DNA of 64,000 nt from Candidatus Magasanikbacteria bacterium GW2011_GWC2_37_14 (lineage in GTDB: Bacteria; Patescibacteriota; Patescibacteriia; Magasanikbacterales; UBA922): NCBI GenBank assembly GCA_000990355.1, contig LBSX01000001.1, forward strand, positions 3,392 through 67,391, written 5' to 3'. This document shows, one piece after another, positions 1 through 9,763 of the stretch. Positions within the stretch are counted from its first letter, which is position 1. The number at the start of each line of letters is the position of its first letter. Below the pieces are notes generated by a model. It was given only the letters and a program-made list of their open reading frames with translations. It did no database searches and had not been told where the DNA came from. The position numbers were made by a program, and so were the translations under genes.

Positions 1-298
1 CATTTACTGCGTGACGAATTACTTTTGCTGGATCGCTTTCAAAAACCTTCTTCATTGGTGTGCGTTTTATACCACCAGCATGCATGGTATGATGATAATA
101 ATCTTTTTGTACCAATTTGCGACCAGTAAATTTTAATTTACTAGCATTTATTACCGTTACCGAAGCTCCAGCATCTATGTGAGGCACAAAACCTGGTTTG
201 ATTTTGCCACGCAAAGCCATAGCAATGGCAGTAGCCACTCGGCCACAAGCTTTGTCTGTAGCGTCAATTTCAATTTTTTGTCTTTTAATTTGATTCAT
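1..298 (-). CDS. rplM: 50S ribosomal protein L13, partial (3' end runs off the window)
   Basis: Manual minus-strand translation from the ATG at 296-298 gives MNQIKRQKIEIDATDKACGRVATAIAMALRGKIKPGFVPHIDAGASVTVINASKLKFTGRKLVQKDYYHHTMHAGGIKRT. The YYHHTxxxGG segment is the L13 signature. It is absent from the ORF track because it is truncated. Confidence 0.8.
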   Translation of the reverse strand, partial: MNQIKRQKIEIDATDKACGRVATAIAMALRGKIKPGFVPHIDAGASVTVINASKLKFTGRKLVQKDYYHHTMHAGGIKRTPMKKVFESDPAKVIRHAVN

Positions 299-300
299 AT

Positions 301-651
301 TTATACAAATTCAATCCGGGCTACCTCGGCCGCATCATTTGGTCTGCGAGCCATTTTAATAATTCTGGTATAACCACCCCGGCGGTCTTTATAATTAGGT
401 GCAACTTCGTTGAATAAACGGTTTACAGCTTTTTCAGTATATAAAAATTTTAAAACGTTTCTGCGAGCTGCTAAATCATTTTTGATAGCTTTGGTAACCA
501 AAGGTTCTACCACAGTGCGCAAAGCCTTGGCTTTGGCCAAAGTAGTTTTGATTGATCCATGCAAAATAAGACTCTCTGCTAATGAACGCATTAAAGCCTT
601 ACGTACTTGACTAACTCTTCCTAAGGTAATTTTTTTCTTTTTATGCCGCAT
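301..651 (-). CDS. rplQ: 50S ribosomal protein L17
   Basis: 116 aa, MRHKKKKITLGRVSQVRKALMRSLAESLILHGSIKTTLAKAKALR. Typical L17 N-terminus and position after rpoA. Confidence 0.9.
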   Translation of the reverse strand: MRHKKKKITLGRVSQVRKALMRSLAESLILHGSIKTTLAKAKALRTVVEPLVTKAIKNDLAARRNVLKFLYTEKAVNRLFNEVAPNYKDRRGGYTRIIKMARRPNDAAEVARIEFV

Positions 652-669
652 ATTTAATATTTATTTCTC

Positions 670-1524
670 TTACTTAGTGGCTTTTTTACTAACAGCTTTT
701 TTTTCTTTAACTTTCTTTTCTGCTTTTTTTTCTTTAACTTTCTTTTCAACTTTTTTTTCTTCATTGTCTACTTCTGTTTCTGTTTTTTCTTCGGTAACTT
801 CTACTAATTCTTCTTTTTTATTTTCTATACCAGTTTCAGCTACATCTAAGAGTAAAGCAAAATGATCCATTAAAATTCTAGTAGCTTGAGAAACAGCTTC
901 GTGAGGAGTAATTGTACCATTGGTTTCAATATTTAATGTTAATTTTTCGTAATCAGTCACATCTCCCACGCGAGTTAATTCTACGTTGTAACCAATATCG
1001 CGAATAGGGCTATACAAAGAATCAATTAATACTGTGCCCAAATCTAAACTTTTGGAACTTTTTTCTTCTACTGGTTTGTAACCACGGCCACTACCAACAA
1101 TAATTTCCAGGTCAATTTTTGCACTATCGGCAGTAACAGTAAACAATTTTAAATCTGGATTAACAATTTCTACATCGGAATTTTTGCCAAAATCTGCGGC
1201 AGTAACCACACCTTTGCCTTTTTTGTGCAAAGATAAAGTAACTGGTTCGGTAGAAAAAGAACGTACTGCCAATTGCTTTAAATTAAGAATCAAAGCGATC
1301 ATGTCTTCTTGAACACCCTCAATAGCAGAAAATTCATGGACTACGCCACTTACTTTTACAGCTTCCACAGCTGCCCCTGGCAAAGAAGACAACAAAACCC
1401 GACGCAAAGCATTGCCTAAGGTTGTGCCATATCCTTGATGACAAGGGGTAATAACAACTTTTCCAACGTTGACGTTGTCCCCTTCCACAAATTCCACGGT
1501 TGTTGGTAAAAGTATATCCTCCAT
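670..1524 (-). CDS. rpoA: DNA-directed RNA polymerase alpha subunit with N-terminal domain only; C-terminal K/E-rich repeat tail instead of alpha-CTD
   Basis: 284 aa. The alpha-NTD (MEDILLPTTVEFVEGDNV...GNALRRVLLSSLPGAAV) is present. The C-terminus is EEKKVEKKVKEKKAEKKVKEKKAVSKKATK, encoded by direct nucleotide repeats at 690-770. No helix-hairpin-helix alpha-CTD is seen. Confidence 0.85.
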   Translation of the reverse strand: MEDILLPTTVEFVEGDNVNVGKVVITPCHQGYGTTLGNALRRVLLSSLPGAAVEAVKVSGVVHEFSAIEGVQEDMIALILNLKQLAVRSFSTEPVTLSLHKKGKGVVTAADFGKNSDVEIVNPDLKLFTVTADSAKIDLEIIVGSGRGYKPVEEKSSKSLDLGTVLIDSLYSPIRDIGYNVELTRVGDVTDYEKLTLNIETNGTITPHEAVSQATRILMDHFALLLDVAETGIENKKEELVEVTEEKTETEVDNEEKKVEKKVKEKKAEKKVKEKKAVSKKATK

Positions 1525-1572
1525 ATAGAAAAGATAAATATTTAAATTAATTGCCTAAAAAGGCAAAAAAAA

Positions 1573-2196
1573 TTAACGAGTAGAATAATATTCAGTAATT
1601 AATTTAACATCAAAAACTTTTTCAAAATCAGTTTCGGCAGGTAAATTCAAAATTTTTCCTTGTTTTTTGGCAGCATCCAAAACTAACCAACTAGCCAATT
1701 CAACCTTACTCAAACGATCTTCCACGCCCTCAAAGATTTTCTTCTTAGTTTTGGTTTCGGCCAAAGTAACTTCGTCGCCGATTTTTAATAAGTGTGAAGG
1801 AATGTTGATTTTTTTGCCATTTACTTTAAACATGCCGTGATTTACAAATTGACGTGCCTGAGAACGAGTAACAGCAAAACCCAAACGATAAATAACATTG
1901 TCTAAGCGTAATTCTAATAATCGTTGTAAATTTAAACCAGAGTCACCCTTCATGGTTCTAGACAAGTCCACATAACGACGAAATTGTCTTTCACGTAAAC
2001 CATAAATAAGTTTGGCTTTTTGTTTTTCTAATAATTGTTTGCCATAACTAGAATTGGCACCTGGTCTTTTTTTAGGTCCATGTACACCTGGCATTTGGCT
2101 TAAACGACGAGCAACTTTGGTAGAATTGGTTTTTAAACCCAAATTCACCCCAAAACGGCGAGCAATTTTATTTTTTGGTCCAATATATTTAGGCAT
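1573..2196 (-). CDS. rpsD: 30S ribosomal protein S4
   Basis: 207 aa, MPKYIGPKNKIARRFGVNL...; S4 signature and operon position. Confidence 0.9.
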   Translation of the reverse strand: MPKYIGPKNKIARRFGVNLGLKTNSTKVARRLSQMPGVHGPKKRPGANSSYGKQLLEKQKAKLIYGLRERQFRRYVDLSRTMKGDSGLNLQRLLELRLDNVIYRLGFAVTRSQARQFVNHGMFKVNGKKINIPSHLLKIGDEVTLAETKTKKKIFEGVEDRLSKVELASWLVLDAAKKQGKILNLPAETDFEKVFDVKLITEYYSTR

Positions 2197-2199
2197 AGA

Positions 2200-2589
2200 T
2201 TATACACGACGTCTTTTTGGAGGACGGCAACCATTATGAGGAATAGGGGTAACGTCCTTTACGGACAAAACTTGAATTCCATTATTATTTAAAGCGCGAA
2301 TAGCTCCTTCGCGACCACCACCAATACCTTTTACAAAAACATGAACTTCTTTTATACCAGTAGGTGCAGTAGCATCGATAACCTTTTTTACTACCTGAGA
2401 AGCAGCATAAGGAGTAGCTTTTTTTGGTCCTTTAAAACCAACCATACCAGAAGAAGCCCAACCTAGTACATCGCCATTGGAATCAGTAATACTAACAATA
2501 GTATTGTTGAAAGTAGCCTGAATATAGGCTCGACCATGGCTTACTTGTTTTACAATCTTTTTCTTTTTTGAAACGGCAGCTTTTGCCAT
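2200..2589 (-). CDS. rpsK: 30S ribosomal protein S11
   Basis: 129 aa, ...[45 protein letters not shown]... Confidence 0.9.
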   Translation of the reverse strand: MAKAAVSKKKKIVKQVSHGRAYIQATFNNTIVSITDSNGDVLGWASSGMVGFKGPKKATPYAASQVVKKVIDATAPTGIKEVHVFVKGIGGGREGAIRALNNNGIQVLSVKDVTPIPHNGCRPPKRRRV

Positions 2590-2616
2590 AAATCTACCAA
2601 CTTATAAAAAAATTAA

Positions 2617-3003
2617 TTAAGTTTTTTGAGCTGATGGTTTTTTACCAGAAGTGGCAAGATTACGTTTGTTGCCACGCACAGTACGACTGTTTGTTTTACT
2701 TCTTTGGCCACGCACTGGCAAATGTTTGGTGTGGCGTGAACCACGATAACTCTTGATATCTTTTAAACGTTTGATACTACTGGCAACTTCACGACGCAAG
2801 TCACCTTCGGTTTTGTATTGTTTTTCGACAATAGTTCGAATTTTGTCTTGTTCGGCATCGGTAAGATCTTTTACTCGAACAGTGTCTTTAATCTGGGCAG
2901 CAGACAAAATTTTCTTGGCAGAATTATCACCAATGCCATAAATATAAGTAAGAGCGATTAAAACTCTTTTTTCTTTTGGAATAGATACACCGGCTAAACG
3001 CAT
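2617..3003 (-). CDS. rpsM: 30S ribosomal protein S13
   Basis: 128 aa, [25 protein letters not shown]... Confidence 0.9.
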   Translation of the reverse strand: MRLAGVSIPKEKRVLIALTYIYGIGDNSAKKILSAAQIKDTVRVKDLTDAEQDKIRTIVEKQYKTEGDLRREVASSIKRLKDIKSYRGSRHTKHLPVRGQRSKTNSRTVRGNKRNLATSGKKPSAQKT

Positions 3004-3014
3004 AAATATTATTA

Positions 3015-3152
3015 TTAAGCTGATTTTTTTCTCATTTTAGAACCCTGACGTTGTTTGTGACGAGGATTTTCGCAAATAACATAAATAGTGCCACTTCTAC
3101 GCACGGTTTTACACTTTGCACATCTTGGTTTTACAGAACCACTAACTTTCAT
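3015..3152 (-). CDS. rpmJ: 50S ribosomal protein L36
   Basis: The internal Met of the 82-aa track ORF gives [37 protein letters not shown] plus a short tail, which matches L36. The ATG maps to 3150-3152. Confidence 0.8.
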   Translation of the reverse strand: MKVSGSVKPRCAKCKTVRRSGTIYVICENPRHKQRQGSKMRKKSA

Positions 3153-3289
3153 ATTTCGTATTATTTTAATTATAGAACTAAAAAATACCAACCACTGCCG
3201 CAATTTAAGCGCTCGCCTCAATGACATAACAGCCTTTTCAAGAGGACTTGAGCTACACTGCACTGGTTGATACTCCTTTATTTATAATT

Positions 3290-3505
3290 TTAGAAACGAT
3301 AATTGATTCGACCCTTGGTAAGGTCATAAGGTGTTAATTCCACCCGGACCTCATCTCCTACTCCCAAGCGAATGTGATTCATTCGCATTTTTCCCGAGAG
3401 ATGAGCAATTAGCTCATGGCCGTTTTCCAATTTAACGCGGAAAGTGCCGGCAGGTAATAATTCTTCAATTCTACCCCGCATTTCCACTACATCAATTTTT
3501 GACAT
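3290..3505 (-). CDS. infA: translation initiation factor IF-1
   Basis: 71 aa, [68 protein letters not shown]1-like IF-1. Confidence 0.9.
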   Translation of the reverse strand: MSKIDVVEMRGRIEELLPAGTFRVKLENGHELIAHLSGKMRMNHIRLGVGDEVRVELTPYDLTKGRINYRF

Positions 3506-3570
3506 GAAATTTTTATATCTGGCACTATTTTACACTAATAAATTAGGCTTGTCAAGAAGCCAATAGCACC

Positions 3571-5475
3571 TTAACTGTGAATAAGTATTGCTTTAATTCT
3601 ACGCACCCCAGCGCTGCATGCTTCTTCTTTGGTAATTTTAAAATGCCCCATCACACCAGTATTTTGTACATGGGGCCCACCACAAAATTCAATACTAAAA
3701 TCAGCAATTTTGTAAACTTTAACTACTTCACCATACTTACTTAAATCAAACGAACGCACAGTAACCAAATCTTTGGCTTGATCTTTTGGCAGTTCTTGCA
3801 TTTGCACGGTAATATTTTCCGCAATTTTTTGATTAACCAAATCTTCTACTACTTTAATTTGTTCAGCAGTTAATTTATCTGGCCAATTAAAATCAAAACG
3901 TAAACGCTCAGCAGTAATATTACTGCCCTTTTGTACAATATCAGCCCCCAACACTTGTCGTAAAGAAGCAAGCAAAAGATGTGTAGCGGTATGATATTTA
4001 GTAGATTGTTCCGAAGTGTCAGCTAGTCCCCCTTTGAATTTTTGTTCAGCACCAGCGCGTGAAAGTTGTTGGTGCTTAGTCATTTCTTCATTAAAAGAAT
4101 TTATATCAACCGTTAATTTATTTTCTGTTGCCAATTCAATGGTCATTTCCAAAGGGAAACCATATGATTGAAATAAATCAAAAGCTTCTTTACCAGAAAT
4201 AGTTTTACCAGCTTCACTACCTAACAAAATATATTGACTAAACATTTTAATCCCCTTTTCCAAAGTCTCTCTAAATTTTGTTTCTTCTTTTTCTAATTCA
4301 TTTAAAATAAAATCTTTTTTCTGTAACAATTCTGGATAAGCCTGGCTGTATTCATCAATATAAATTTTGGCAACCTCTACACAAAAATTATTATTAATTC
4401 CCAAATCTCGAGCATAACGCACCGAACGACGAATCAACCGCCGAGTAAAATAACCCTGGTCTCTGTTTGAGGGTACGGCTTGGTCACTAATCAAAAATGT
4501 TGCCGCCCGTAAATGATCCAAAATTACCCGAAAAGCATAAATAATTTTTTCGTTTTCATTATAACTATGTCCGGATAATTTTTCTAATAATTTAATTACA
4601 CTTGCAAACAAATCAATTTTAAACATGTCGGGATTATTATTCAAAGCTGCGGCCATTCTTTCTAATCCTCCACCAAAGTCAATATTTTTTTGTTTTAATT
4701 CTTCAAAACCCATGCGAGTTTTTTTGTATTGCATAAAAACATTGTTGCCAATTTCCATAAAACGGCCACAATCGCAATTTACATGACAAGGTTCACTACT
4801 CCATTTGGAATTTTCATGTAATTTTAATTCTGACCCAAAATCCCAAAACATTTCACTATCTGGTCCACCCGGTTCTCCGAGTGGCATATTTTCTGGCACC
4901 CCAGCCCTGCTCCACCAATTTTTCTTAGCATCATAATAAAAAATTCTACCATCCTGCATACCATCTCGTTCGGAATTTTCTACAATCTTGGCCTCAAGGC
5001 CAACAGTTTTAAATTTTGCTTTCCACAATTCTGCTGCTTTTTCGTCTCGTGAAATAGCAAAACTGTCTGCCCCACTAAAACAAGTAACATATAATTTATT
5101 TGGGTCTAGACCAATTTCTTTAATTAAAAATTCAAACATCCACTCAATCTGTTCTTTTTTAAAATAATCTCCCAAAGACCAATTACCAAGCATTTCAAAA
5201 AAAGTTGTATGACGATTATCACCCACATCATCAATGTCCTGACTACGAAATGATTTTTGTGAATCACAAATTCTTGTTCCCAAAGGATGACGCTCACCAA
5301 GTAAATATGGCACCATTGGTTGCATACCCGAACCAGTAAACAAGGTTGTAGGATCATTTTCGGGAATTAATGATGCCGAAGGAATAATTGTATGACCTTT
5401 GCCACCAAAAAAAGATCCACCTTTTGCGGAAAAAAATTCCAAATATTTTGTACGTAGTTCATGTGAAGTGATCAT
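3571..5475 (-). CDS. alaS: alanine--tRNA ligase, short form (634 aa)
   Basis: N-terminal class II core FFGGKGHTIIPSASLIPENDPTTLFTGSGM...TTFFEMLGNWSLGDYFK. Editing-domain H/C motifs are near the C-terminus. It lacks the long C-terminal extension of the canonical ~870-aa enzyme. Confidence 0.85.
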   Translation of the reverse strand: MITSHELRTKYLEFFSAKGGSFFGGKGHTIIPSASLIPENDPTTLFTGSGMQPMVPYLLGERHPLGTRICDSQKSFRSQDIDDVGDNRHTTFFEMLGNWSLGDYFKKEQIEWMFEFLIKEIGLDPNKLYVTCFSGADSFAISRDEKAAELWKAKFKTVGLEAKIVENSERDGMQDGRIFYYDAKKNWWSRAGVPENMPLGEPGGPDSEMFWDFGSELKLHENSKWSSEPCHVNCDCGRFMEIGNNVFMQYKKTRMGFEELKQKNIDFGGGLERMAAALNNNPDMFKIDLFASVIKLLEKLSGHSYNENEKIIYAFRVILDHLRAATFLISDQAVPSNRDQGYFTRRLIRRSVRYARDLGINNNFCVEVAKIYIDEYSQAYPELLQKKDFILNELEKEETKFRETLEKGIKMFSQYILLGSEAGKTISGKEAFDLFQSYGFPLEMTIELATENKLTVDINSFNEEMTKHQQLSRAGAEQKFKGGLADTSEQSTKYHTATHLLLASLRQVLGADIVQKGSNITAERLRFDFNWPDKLTAEQIKVVEDLVNQKIAENITVQMQELPKDQAKDLVTVRSFDLSKYGEVVKVYKIADFSIEFCGGPHVQNTGVMGHFKITKEEACSAGVRRIKAILIHS

Positions 5476-7016
5476 AGACCAATACTATTTATACTATTTA
5501 AAGCACGTTGTGCGCCTAAATTAAAATGAGACAAAGAAATCATTTGTGAATATAGACGATTGCGCTTGTGATTTAATTCAGCACTATACCAAGGGGCTAG
5601 AGTATGGATATTACTTTTGTCAATTATCCCAGGGTCAACTACCTCTTTCCGATTAACTTCTAACGGTTCTACTTTTTTTAAACCAATATATTGATTAAGT
5701 CTTACTATTTCAGGAATAGAATCGGCTGATAAACTAAACATTAGATAGCGCAAATCCATTTTTTTATTTTCTGTTAAAAAACGATCAATATTTTTCTTGG
5801 CAATTATTGCATCAACATTTAACGAAGCCACCAATGTAAAGACTACTAGACTGAGAATTAAACCACCATAAAAAAACTTTCTAAATGAATAATTAGTAAT
5901 AATCGCTAGTCCTAAAGTAAAATATACTACTCCAGCAAAATAAATAAACCATTCCACGTATAATCTTAAAGTGGTATAGCCATATTCCGCTTGATACAAA
6001 TTCATGCGTTTTAAGGCCGAAAGGGCAATGACAAAAATTTGTAAAATTAACAATAGTTTTAAGGCACTAACAAAATTGTTTTTTCCGTGATGAGCTGAGG
6101 AATGATAAAAAACCAAGAGCAAAATGGCCGAAAAAATCATTACCCAAACCAATTGAAAAAATCCACTGCGAGCATATTCGGCAAAAGTTAGACCATTACT
6201 GATTACAAAATCATGTGCGCCAAACAAATATTTAATTTGAATAAATACAAATATTGCAAACAAGATATTTACTGATAACAAAACTACCGAGGCAATCGTA
6301 AAAGAAATTTTTTGTCTAATTTTTATACCATCTTTGAGTGCATTTTCGTGACTGATCAAAGTATAGAAAAAAGCACTAGCTAAAAAAGTTAAAATTATGG
6401 TTCTAATTATTTGCGCTACAAGGTGAAAATCCAGATCAATATTTATCCGAAAGATTCTTTCTAAACCACTGCTAAATACTTTGTCCGCACCAGCAAACAA
6501 CAAAGTGAACAGTAAAAGTACTGGGGCCGCTACAATTAAACCCACAGCCACTTGTTTATAAATTTCACTATGTTTATCTTCTTTTTTCCAACTAAATAAA
6601 TCACCAAACACTAATCCCAAATTTTTTATTCCCACAAAAACATTTTTTACAACTGGAATATTTTTAAAATAAAAAACAAATTTACTTTCGTTGCGCACGG
6701 TTAAAACAATTGCAAAAAATATTACCAAAACAAAAATAACCAAGGGTAAAAAATATACTACCAAAGCATTATTATAAAGCATTAAATCAAATGCCAAAAT
6801 ATAAATAGGTACCAAAAGCCATAAAGCCCAACGATTATTTAAATGATTAGTATATTTGGTTAAAGACGCAAAACCTAAACCTAAAAAAACAATCATTAAA
6901 AACACTCCCATTCCCCAACTTTCTGACTGCACGACTAATTGTTCGAATAAAATCGCCGCTAGTAATGCCAAAGCAACGTAGGCAAGACGAATAAAACGTG
7001 GGTTTTTAATAGCCAT
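5472..7016 (-). CDS. hypothetical polytopic integral membrane protein
   Basis: 514 aa dominated by hydrophobic helices. The start overlaps alaS by 4 nt. No recognisable catalytic motif. Confidence 0.5.
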   Translation of the reverse strand: MAIKNPRFIRLAYVALALLAAILFEQLVVQSESWGMGVFLMIVFLGLGFASLTKYTNHLNNRWALWLLVPIYILAFDLMLYNNALVVYFLPLVIFVLVIFFAIVLTVRNESKFVFYFKNIPVVKNVFVGIKNLGLVFGDLFSWKKEDKHSEIYKQVAVGLIVAAPVLLLFTLLFAGADKVFSSGLERIFRINIDLDFHLVAQIIRTIILTFLASAFFYTLISHENALKDGIKIRQKISFTIASVVLLSVNILFAIFVFIQIKYLFGAHDFVISNGLTFAEYARSGFFQLVWVMIFSAILLLVFYHSSAHHGKNNFVSALKLLLILQIFVIALSALKRMNLYQAEYGYTTLRLYVEWFIYFAGVVYFTLGLAIITNYSFRKFFYGGLILSLVVFTLVASLNVDAIIAKKNIDRFLTENKKMDLRYLMFSLSADSIPEIVRLNQYIGLKKVEPLEVNRKEVVDPGIIDKSNIHTLAPWYSAELNHKRNRLYSQMISLSHFNLGAQRALNSINSIGL

Positions 7017-7095
7017 AACATTAAAATAAAATATTTATTATTTAATTACTCCCCCGCCCCAGCCTTCGCTAAAGCTACGGCCGGCAAGCACACAT

Positions 7096-8424
7096 TTACT
7101 TTATCACCCCACCTCCCAAACACTCGTTGTTCTTATAAAAAACTGCGAATTGACCAGGAGTGACGGCGCGTTGGGGGTGGGTGAAATGAACCAATAACCC
7201 CCCTCGCCCCCCTTTATTAAGTGGGGAAACGACACAGTCTTGCAACTGTTGGCGATGACGGAGACGTACTTTACATTTTAATGGCCCGCCTTCGCTAATG
7301 CTTCGTCGGGTAAATTCATTAATCCAATTAACATTATAAATAATAATCTCTTTTTTGTACAATAAAGGGTCATTTTCAAAACCAACAATTAATATATTTT
7401 TCTTGATATTTTTATCAATTACAAAATATGGCTGGGTGTCTGTCCTTCTCTTTCCAAGAGAAGGTGGTCGAAGGCCGGAAGAGTTTGCCGGAGTCTTGGC
7501 GGGCCTCGGCAACTCCCCCTGAACCCCCTCCCTGCCTGCCGGCAAGGCAGGTTGGTAAGAGAGGGACACCCCGATGCGTTCACCAATAGTATAAAAAGGT
7601 AAGCCAGTATGTTCACCAACTGCTCCCACTCCCCCTACCCCCTCTCGGGCAGAGGGGGACAATAAAATTTTCCCTTGTTTAGCTTTTACTTTATTTTTTA
7701 AAAAATCACGCATTGGTACTTCGCCAATAAAACAAATTCCCATACTTTCTTCTTTTTCGGCCGTTGGCAATTTAAATTTCTTGGCTAATTTTCTTACTTC
7801 GGGTTTGGTATATCCACCTATTGGAAATAAAACTTGGCATAATTGTTCTTGATTAAGTTGATGAAGAAAATATGTTTGATCTTTGTTGTCGTCTTTGGCT
7901 TGTAATAAAGAAATATTAGCCTGCCCTGGCGCAGCAAAGCGAAGCCGGGCATAATGACCAGTCGCGATTTTCTCAAATCCCATTTTCTTAGCTTTCTCCA
8001 ACCAAAAACCAAACTTTACAAATTTATTACATAAAATATCGGGGTTCGGAGTGCGACCAGTAGAATATTCTTTATACATGTAATCCAAAACAAATTTTTT
8101 GTACTCTTTAACAAAATCCCAGCGTATCAAAGGAATCCCCAAATGTGCGGCTACTCGCAAGGCGTCTTGATAATCTGGCACCCAACAGGGCTCCGCTACG
8201 CTGCGCCCTGTAAACTCTCCACTGCGCCCTGTAAACTCAGAACTCGAACCTGCCAGGCGCAATTCGGAAAATGGAGCCTGGTAATTTACCGCAAACATAC
8301 CAGTAACATCATAACCTTGTTCAACCAAAAGAGCAGCAGCAACTGATGAATCAACACCGCCACTCATTGCTACAAGTATCCTTCGACTTTGCTCAGGATG
8401 AATTTTTTCTTTTTTTACAGTCAT
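7096..8424 (-). CDS. mnmA: tRNA-specific 2-thiouridylase MnmA carrying two in-frame insertions
   Basis: PP-loop SGGVDSSVAA at the N-terminus. The C-terminus (...RLRHRQ...) is typical of MnmA. There is a ~75-aa GC-rich insertion at 7440-7660 and a tandem SEFTGRS-GEFTGRS insert at 8196-8240. Confidence 0.85.
   Translation of the reverse strand: MTVKKEKIHPEQSRRILVAMSGGVDSSVAAALLVEQGYDVTGMFAVNYQAPFSELRLAGSSSEFTGRSGEFTGRSVAEPCWVPDYQDALRVAAHLGIPLIRWDFVKEYKKFVLDYMYKEYSTGRTPNPDILCNKFVKFGFWLEKAKKMGFEKIATGHYARLRFAAPGQANISLLQAKDDNKDQTYFLHQLNQEQLCQVLFPIGGYTKPEVRKLAKKFKLPTAEKEESMGICFIGEVPMRDFLKNKVKAKQGKILLSPSAREGVGGVGAVGEHTGLPFYTIGERIGVSLSYQPALPAGREGVQGELPRPAKTPANSSGLRPPSLGKRRTDTQPYFVIDKNIKKNILIVGFENDPLLYKKEIIIYNVNWINEFTRRSISEGGPLKCKVRLRHRQQLQDCVVSPLNKGGRGGLLVHFTHPQRAVTPGQFAVFYKNNECLGGGVIK
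7440..7660. repeat. GC-rich palindrome-containing insertion inside mnmA (in-frame)
   Basis: Contains the hairpin cctgcctgccggcaaggcagg (compare cctgcctgccggtaggcagg at 49300-49320) and ccctctcgggcagagggg. Local GC is far above the surrounding gene. Confidence 0.6.
8196..8240. repeat. Tandem duplication of a ~21-bp unit (ctgcgccctgtaaactc) inside mnmA, in-frame
   Basis: The unit is seen twice, at 8201-8217 and 8222-8238, encoding SEFTGRS/GEFTGRS. Confidence 0.7.
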
Positions 8425-8426
8425 AA

Positions 8427-9698
8427 TTAATCCACGCGTTCAATATTGGCACCTAATAATTTTAAACGACTAACTAAATCTTCGTATCCACGTTCAATAA
8501 AATGAATATTGTTAATCTCAGTAGTATTGTCGGCAATCAAAGCGGCTAACACTAAAGATACACCCGCTCGAATATCGGTCGCTGTTACTTTGGCGCCACT
8601 AAATTTTATTTCACCTTTAATATTAGCTACTCGCTCGTCAACCACAATTTCGGCCCCCATACGATCTAATTCTGGTACTAACATAAAACGATTAGAAAAA
8701 ATTGTTTCATTTACTTCACTTGCTCCGGCAATTAAACTAAGAAGCACCATCATTTGCGGTTGCAAATCTGTGGGAAAACCAGGATGAACAGCTGTCTCTA
8801 TTTTTGTATTTTTTAATTCATTAATATTGCCTCTAACAGACAACAAATTTTCTTCTTGTGTAAATTTTACACCCATCTCTTCCAATTTAGCAATAAATCC
8901 AGGTAAATCTGACAAATTAACATTTTTTATTTTTACCTTCCCGCCAGTAATAAGAGACATAATAATATAAGTGCCAGCTTCTATTCTATCGGGCATAATT
9001 TCATATTCACAAGCCTGTAATTCTTTTACACCAATAATAATTATTTTATCACTACCTAAACCTTCAATTTTGGCCCCCATTTTAATTAAAAAATTTCCCA
9101 AGTCAACTATTTCTGGTTCTTTGGCTGCATTATTTATAATCGTCTGTCCACTAGCAAGGACTGCTGCCATCATAACATTTTCGGTAGCACCTACACTTGG
9201 AATTTTTAACTTAGTAACTTCTACATCTACTTCCGCACCAGTTAAGTTGTTACCATCCAAATTTACAAAACCATGCTCAGTGTTAACTTGCACGCCCATT
9301 TTTTCAAACGCTCGCAAATGTTGGTCTACAGCTCTAGCACCAAGCGCACAACCACCAGGCATAGCGACTTTGGCTCTTTTCTCTTTACCAATAAGAGGTC
9401 CGGTAATAGTAAAAGAAGCGCGCATTTCACTCACTAATTCATATGGCGCTTCTACCGAAGTAAGGCCATTATTAATTATTTTATAAGTATCATTATTTAA
9501 TTTTTCAACTTTTAAACCTAAATATTCCAAAAGTTTTACCATTGTAGAAACATCACTCAAATTTGGGACATTGTTTAAAATAAATTCACCCTTGGCTAAA
9601 ATTGTGGCACACATAATCGGCAATACCGCGTTTTTCGCTCCTTTTACACTAATTTCTCCAGCTAATTCTGCCCCGCCTTTAATTATAAATTTTGCCAT
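8427..9698 (-). CDS. murA: UDP-N-acetylglucosamine 1-carboxyvinyltransferase
   Basis: 423 aa, MAKFIIKGGAELAGEISVKGAKNAVLPIMCATILA...; MurA fold motifs. Confidence 0.9.
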   Translation of the reverse strand: MAKFIIKGGAELAGEISVKGAKNAVLPIMCATILAKGEFILNNVPNLSDVSTMVKLLEYLGLKVEKLNNDTYKIINNGLTSVEAPYELVSEMRASFTITGPLIGKEKRAKVAMPGGCALGARAVDQHLRAFEKMGVQVNTEHGFVNLDGNNLTGAEVDVEVTKLKIPSVGATENVMMAAVLASGQTIINNAAKEPEIVDLGNFLIKMGAKIEGLGSDKIIIIGVKELQACEYEIMPDRIEAGTYIIMSLITGGKVKIKNVNLSDLPGFIAKLEEMGVKFTQEENLLSVRGNINELKNTKIETAVHPGFPTDLQPQMMVLLSLIAGASEVNETIFSNRFMLVPELDRMGAEIVVDERVANIKGEIKFSGAKVTATDIRAGVSLVLAALIADNTTEINNIHFIERGYEDLVSRLKLLGANIERVD

Positions 9699-9763
9699 AA
9701 AAACTTGCTTTTATTAATAAAATACGCTATTATTCTATCGTAAAACTAGAGAAATAGCAAATT

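Noticed and set aside
677-865. 62-aa ORF antisense to the rpoA repeat tail
   Set aside because: Created by the K-codon repeats read in reverse (F/S-rich); not a gene.
5124-5357. 77-aa ORF embedded in alaS
   Set aside because: Out-of-frame overlap with a conserved gene; no signals.
8971-9486. 171-aa plus-strand ORF inside murA
   Set aside because: Antisense to a well-conserved murA. Low-complexity S/T/P-rich translation.
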